Positions 48,658 to 50,476 of a DNA stretch of 50,476 nucleotides are shown here, in pieces. The stretch is taken from positions 1 through 50,476 of the forward strand of contig JBFEYO010000001.1 of the NCBI GenBank assembly GCA_041562075.1, read 5' to 3'. Position numbers and translations under genes: made by a program. The DNA comes from Sulfurimonadaceae bacterium (lineage in GTDB: Bacteria; Campylobacterota; Campylobacteria; Campylobacterales; Sulfurimonadaceae). Under the pieces are notes generated by a model. That model did no database searches. It was not told where the DNA came from and was given only the letters and a program-made list of their open reading frames with translations. Numbering within the stretch: the first letter of the stretch is position 1; the number at the start of each line of letters is the position of its first letter.

Positions 48658-50457
48658 TTATAAAAACTGTTTTTCAAACCAATAAGAGAAAATATACAAG
48701 CCCCATACATGCTGTTTAAAGCGTCCCTGTTTTCCCCGCTGTATATACTCTTCCAGAGTTTCAGGATAAAACAATCCATGCACGTCATTCATCCGCATAA
48801 TGCGCTCTAACTCATTCTCCTGAATAAGCCATTCCAAGTAAGGTGATGAGAAACCCTTTTTCTTACGATTGATGATTGATTCGGGAAGATAGGGCTGTGC
48901 TATCTTCTTTAACAGGTCCTTCGTCCTGCCCTGGGCATAACGAAGCTTCGGATCAATCGAAAAGACCAGTTCCACAAGCTTATGATCCATAAAGGGTGTA
49001 CGACCCTCGATCCCGTGAGCCATGGAGACCCGATCAAGTTTGCTTAAAAAATGCTCTGCCTGAAACTGCTTTAGATCCACGTAGGAATACCACTGGCTTT
49101 CATCTCCATTGCCGTAAGCCTCAAACCTATCCCGATATCCCTGCAGATAACTCATGGAAAAACCGTCTTTGACGTTTTGACGCATCAAACGGTTCTTCTG
49201 CATATCCGTAAACTTTTCTCCGCTCGTACGAAAAAGCACCTCCCCGTCAAAGACCCGTTTGTACCACTCCCACTCCCGGTTCATGGAAAAATTAGAGCGA
49301 AAGTACTTTTTCAACCAGTTCTTATGCTCCAATTGCGCGGCTTTTTGAACATCCAGGTACTCAAAATACTGCCTATATCCCAAAAAGAGTTCATCCGCAC
49401 CCTCACCGGAGAGAACGACCTTGATGCCCTCTTGCTTGATACGTTTAAAAAGCATATACAAAGGCATGGCTGCAGGATCGTTGATCGGCTCATCCAAAGC
49501 CTGCATCACCCCCTCAAAATTCTCAAAGAATTCCGCTTTGTTAAGTTCGACATCGATGTTTTCCAGACCAAGATGAGATGCTACCTCCCGTGCATAGGGA
49601 CGTTCATCATACTGCTTATATCCCTCATATCCTAATGAGAATGTCTTCAGCTTACCGCCTTTTTCTTGGATCATCGCCGCGATCAAAGAGCTGTCTACTC
49701 CGCCTGATAACAAAGAGGCGATCTCGACATCTCCCATCAGACGTTTTTGAATACTCTCCTGAATTGAACCCTTCAGCTGCTCAAGGGCTTCTTCTTGCGA
49801 AAATATGCTCAGCTTGCTCGGAAGCAGATCATAATAGGCTTTGATCTGCAGGTCTCCCCTTTGGAACAGGGCAAAATGACCCGATTCAAGCTTAGATATT
49901 CCCTGATAAAAGGTATGCGGCGGTGTAGGGGCTAAAAAGCTTAGAAAAGAGTGCAAGGCATCTCTGTTCAGCTCTTTTTTCTTCAAAAAAGGCACCAATG
50001 CCTTGATTTCCGAGGCAAAAATAAAAGCCTTATCATGATGCAGGTAATACAGGGGTTTCTTGCCCAGACGGTCCCTGAAAAGATGGAGCTTACCCCTCTC
50101 ATAGATCGCTATGGCAAACATCCCTTCCAGATGATCTACAAAGGCCGGACCCCATTTCTGATAAGCTCTGAGCACGACCTCGGTATCACTCTGGGTCTCA
50201 AAGGGAATATCCAGAAGTTTTTGAAGCGTACGGAAATTATAGATCTCCCCGTTAAAACTGACGATCACCCCGTCGCGCACCATTGGTTGAACCGAGCGCT
50301 CATGCAGATCCACGATACTTAAACGGTTATGAGCAATAAAGAGTTCATCCTCTTCAATAATACCGCAGTAATCCGGCCCGCGATGAGACAGCAGTGCGAC
50401 ACAGCGACGTGCCTGGGCACTATCATACTCGCCGATAATACCAAAAATAGCACACAT
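48658..50457 (-). CDS. asnB: Asparagine synthase (glutamine-hydrolysing) family amidotransferase
   Basis: It has the N-terminal nucleophile MCAIFG, the PP-loop LLSGGVDSS, a length of 599 aa, and AAGGAGG upstream at the window edge. Confidence 0.85.
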   Translation of the reverse strand: MCAIFGIIGEYDSAQARRCVALLSHRGPDYCGIIEEDELFIAHNRLSIVDLHERSVQPMVRDGVIVSFNGEIYNFRTLQKLLDIPFETQSDTEVVLRAYQKWGPAFVDHLEGMFAIAIYERGKLHLFRDRLGKKPLYYLHHDKAFIFASEIKALVPFLKKKELNRDALHSFLSFLAPTPPHTFYQGISKLESGHFALFQRGDLQIKAYYDLLPSKLSIFSQEEALEQLKGSIQESIQKRLMGDVEIASLLSGGVDSSLIAAMIQEKGGKLKTFSLGYEGYKQYDERPYAREVASHLGLENIDVELNKAEFFENFEGVMQALDEPINDPAAMPLYMLFKRIKQEGIKVVLSGEGADELFLGYRQYFEYLDVQKAAQLEHKNWLKKYFRSNFSMNREWEWYKRVFDGEVLFRTSGEKFTDMQKNRLMRQNVKDGFSMSYLQGYRDRFEAYGNGDESQWYSYVDLKQFQAEHFLSKLDRVSMAHGIEGRTPFMDHKLVELVFSIDPKLRYAQGRTKDLLKKIAQPYLPESIINRKKKGFSSPYLEWLIQENELERIMRMNDVHGLFYPETLEEYIQRGKQGRFKQHVWGLYIFSYWFEKQFL

Positions 50458-50476
50458 CTACACCTCCTCCTTTCTC

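Overview
This 50,476-bp window is densely coding chromosome with about 50 protein genes. I found no rRNA, tRNA, CRISPR array, transposase, integrase or prophage signature. Gene content and local gene order point to a Campylobacterota (epsilonproteobacterial) genome. The supporting features are ccoNOQP with small accessory genes, purA followed by a FliJ-like gene, gltX / SurA-like chaperone / accC-accB / dcd, AddAB, futalosine mqnA, Mqo, and many 1-nt or 4-nt stop/start overlaps. This assignment rests on my memory of Campylobacter and Helicobacter gene order; no search was run. From left to right the window contains: a duplicated surface lipoprotein; an orphan OmpR-type response regulator; a GC-rich 150-bp tandem repeat; addA-addB; the cbb3 oxidase locus; carA; two flagellar-associated genes; purA and hisZ; an aminotransferase; uppP; a 535-bp repeat-rich non-coding gap; five GGDEF-family genes interspersed with rdgB, an MFS transporter, moeA/moaE/moaD, mqnA, a large NAD-GDH and mqo; gltX; accBC; dcd; arsC; a GAF / double-DUF1538 / PII-like / GAF cassette; and asnB. 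The best candidates for undescribed biology are four. (1) The translationally coupled GAF / fused DUF1538 membrane protein / PII-like / GAF cassette at 45.6-48.6 kb, a possible ligand-gated transporter of unknown substrate. (2) A tandem pair of catalytically degenerate GGDEF proteins that keep the I-site and carry an unassigned N-terminal domain (30.6-32.2 kb). (3) The GC-rich tandem intergenic element at 3.3-3.6 kb. (4) The repeat- and hairpin-rich gap at 22.5-23.1 kb. All product calls come from motif recognition by eye, with no database search.
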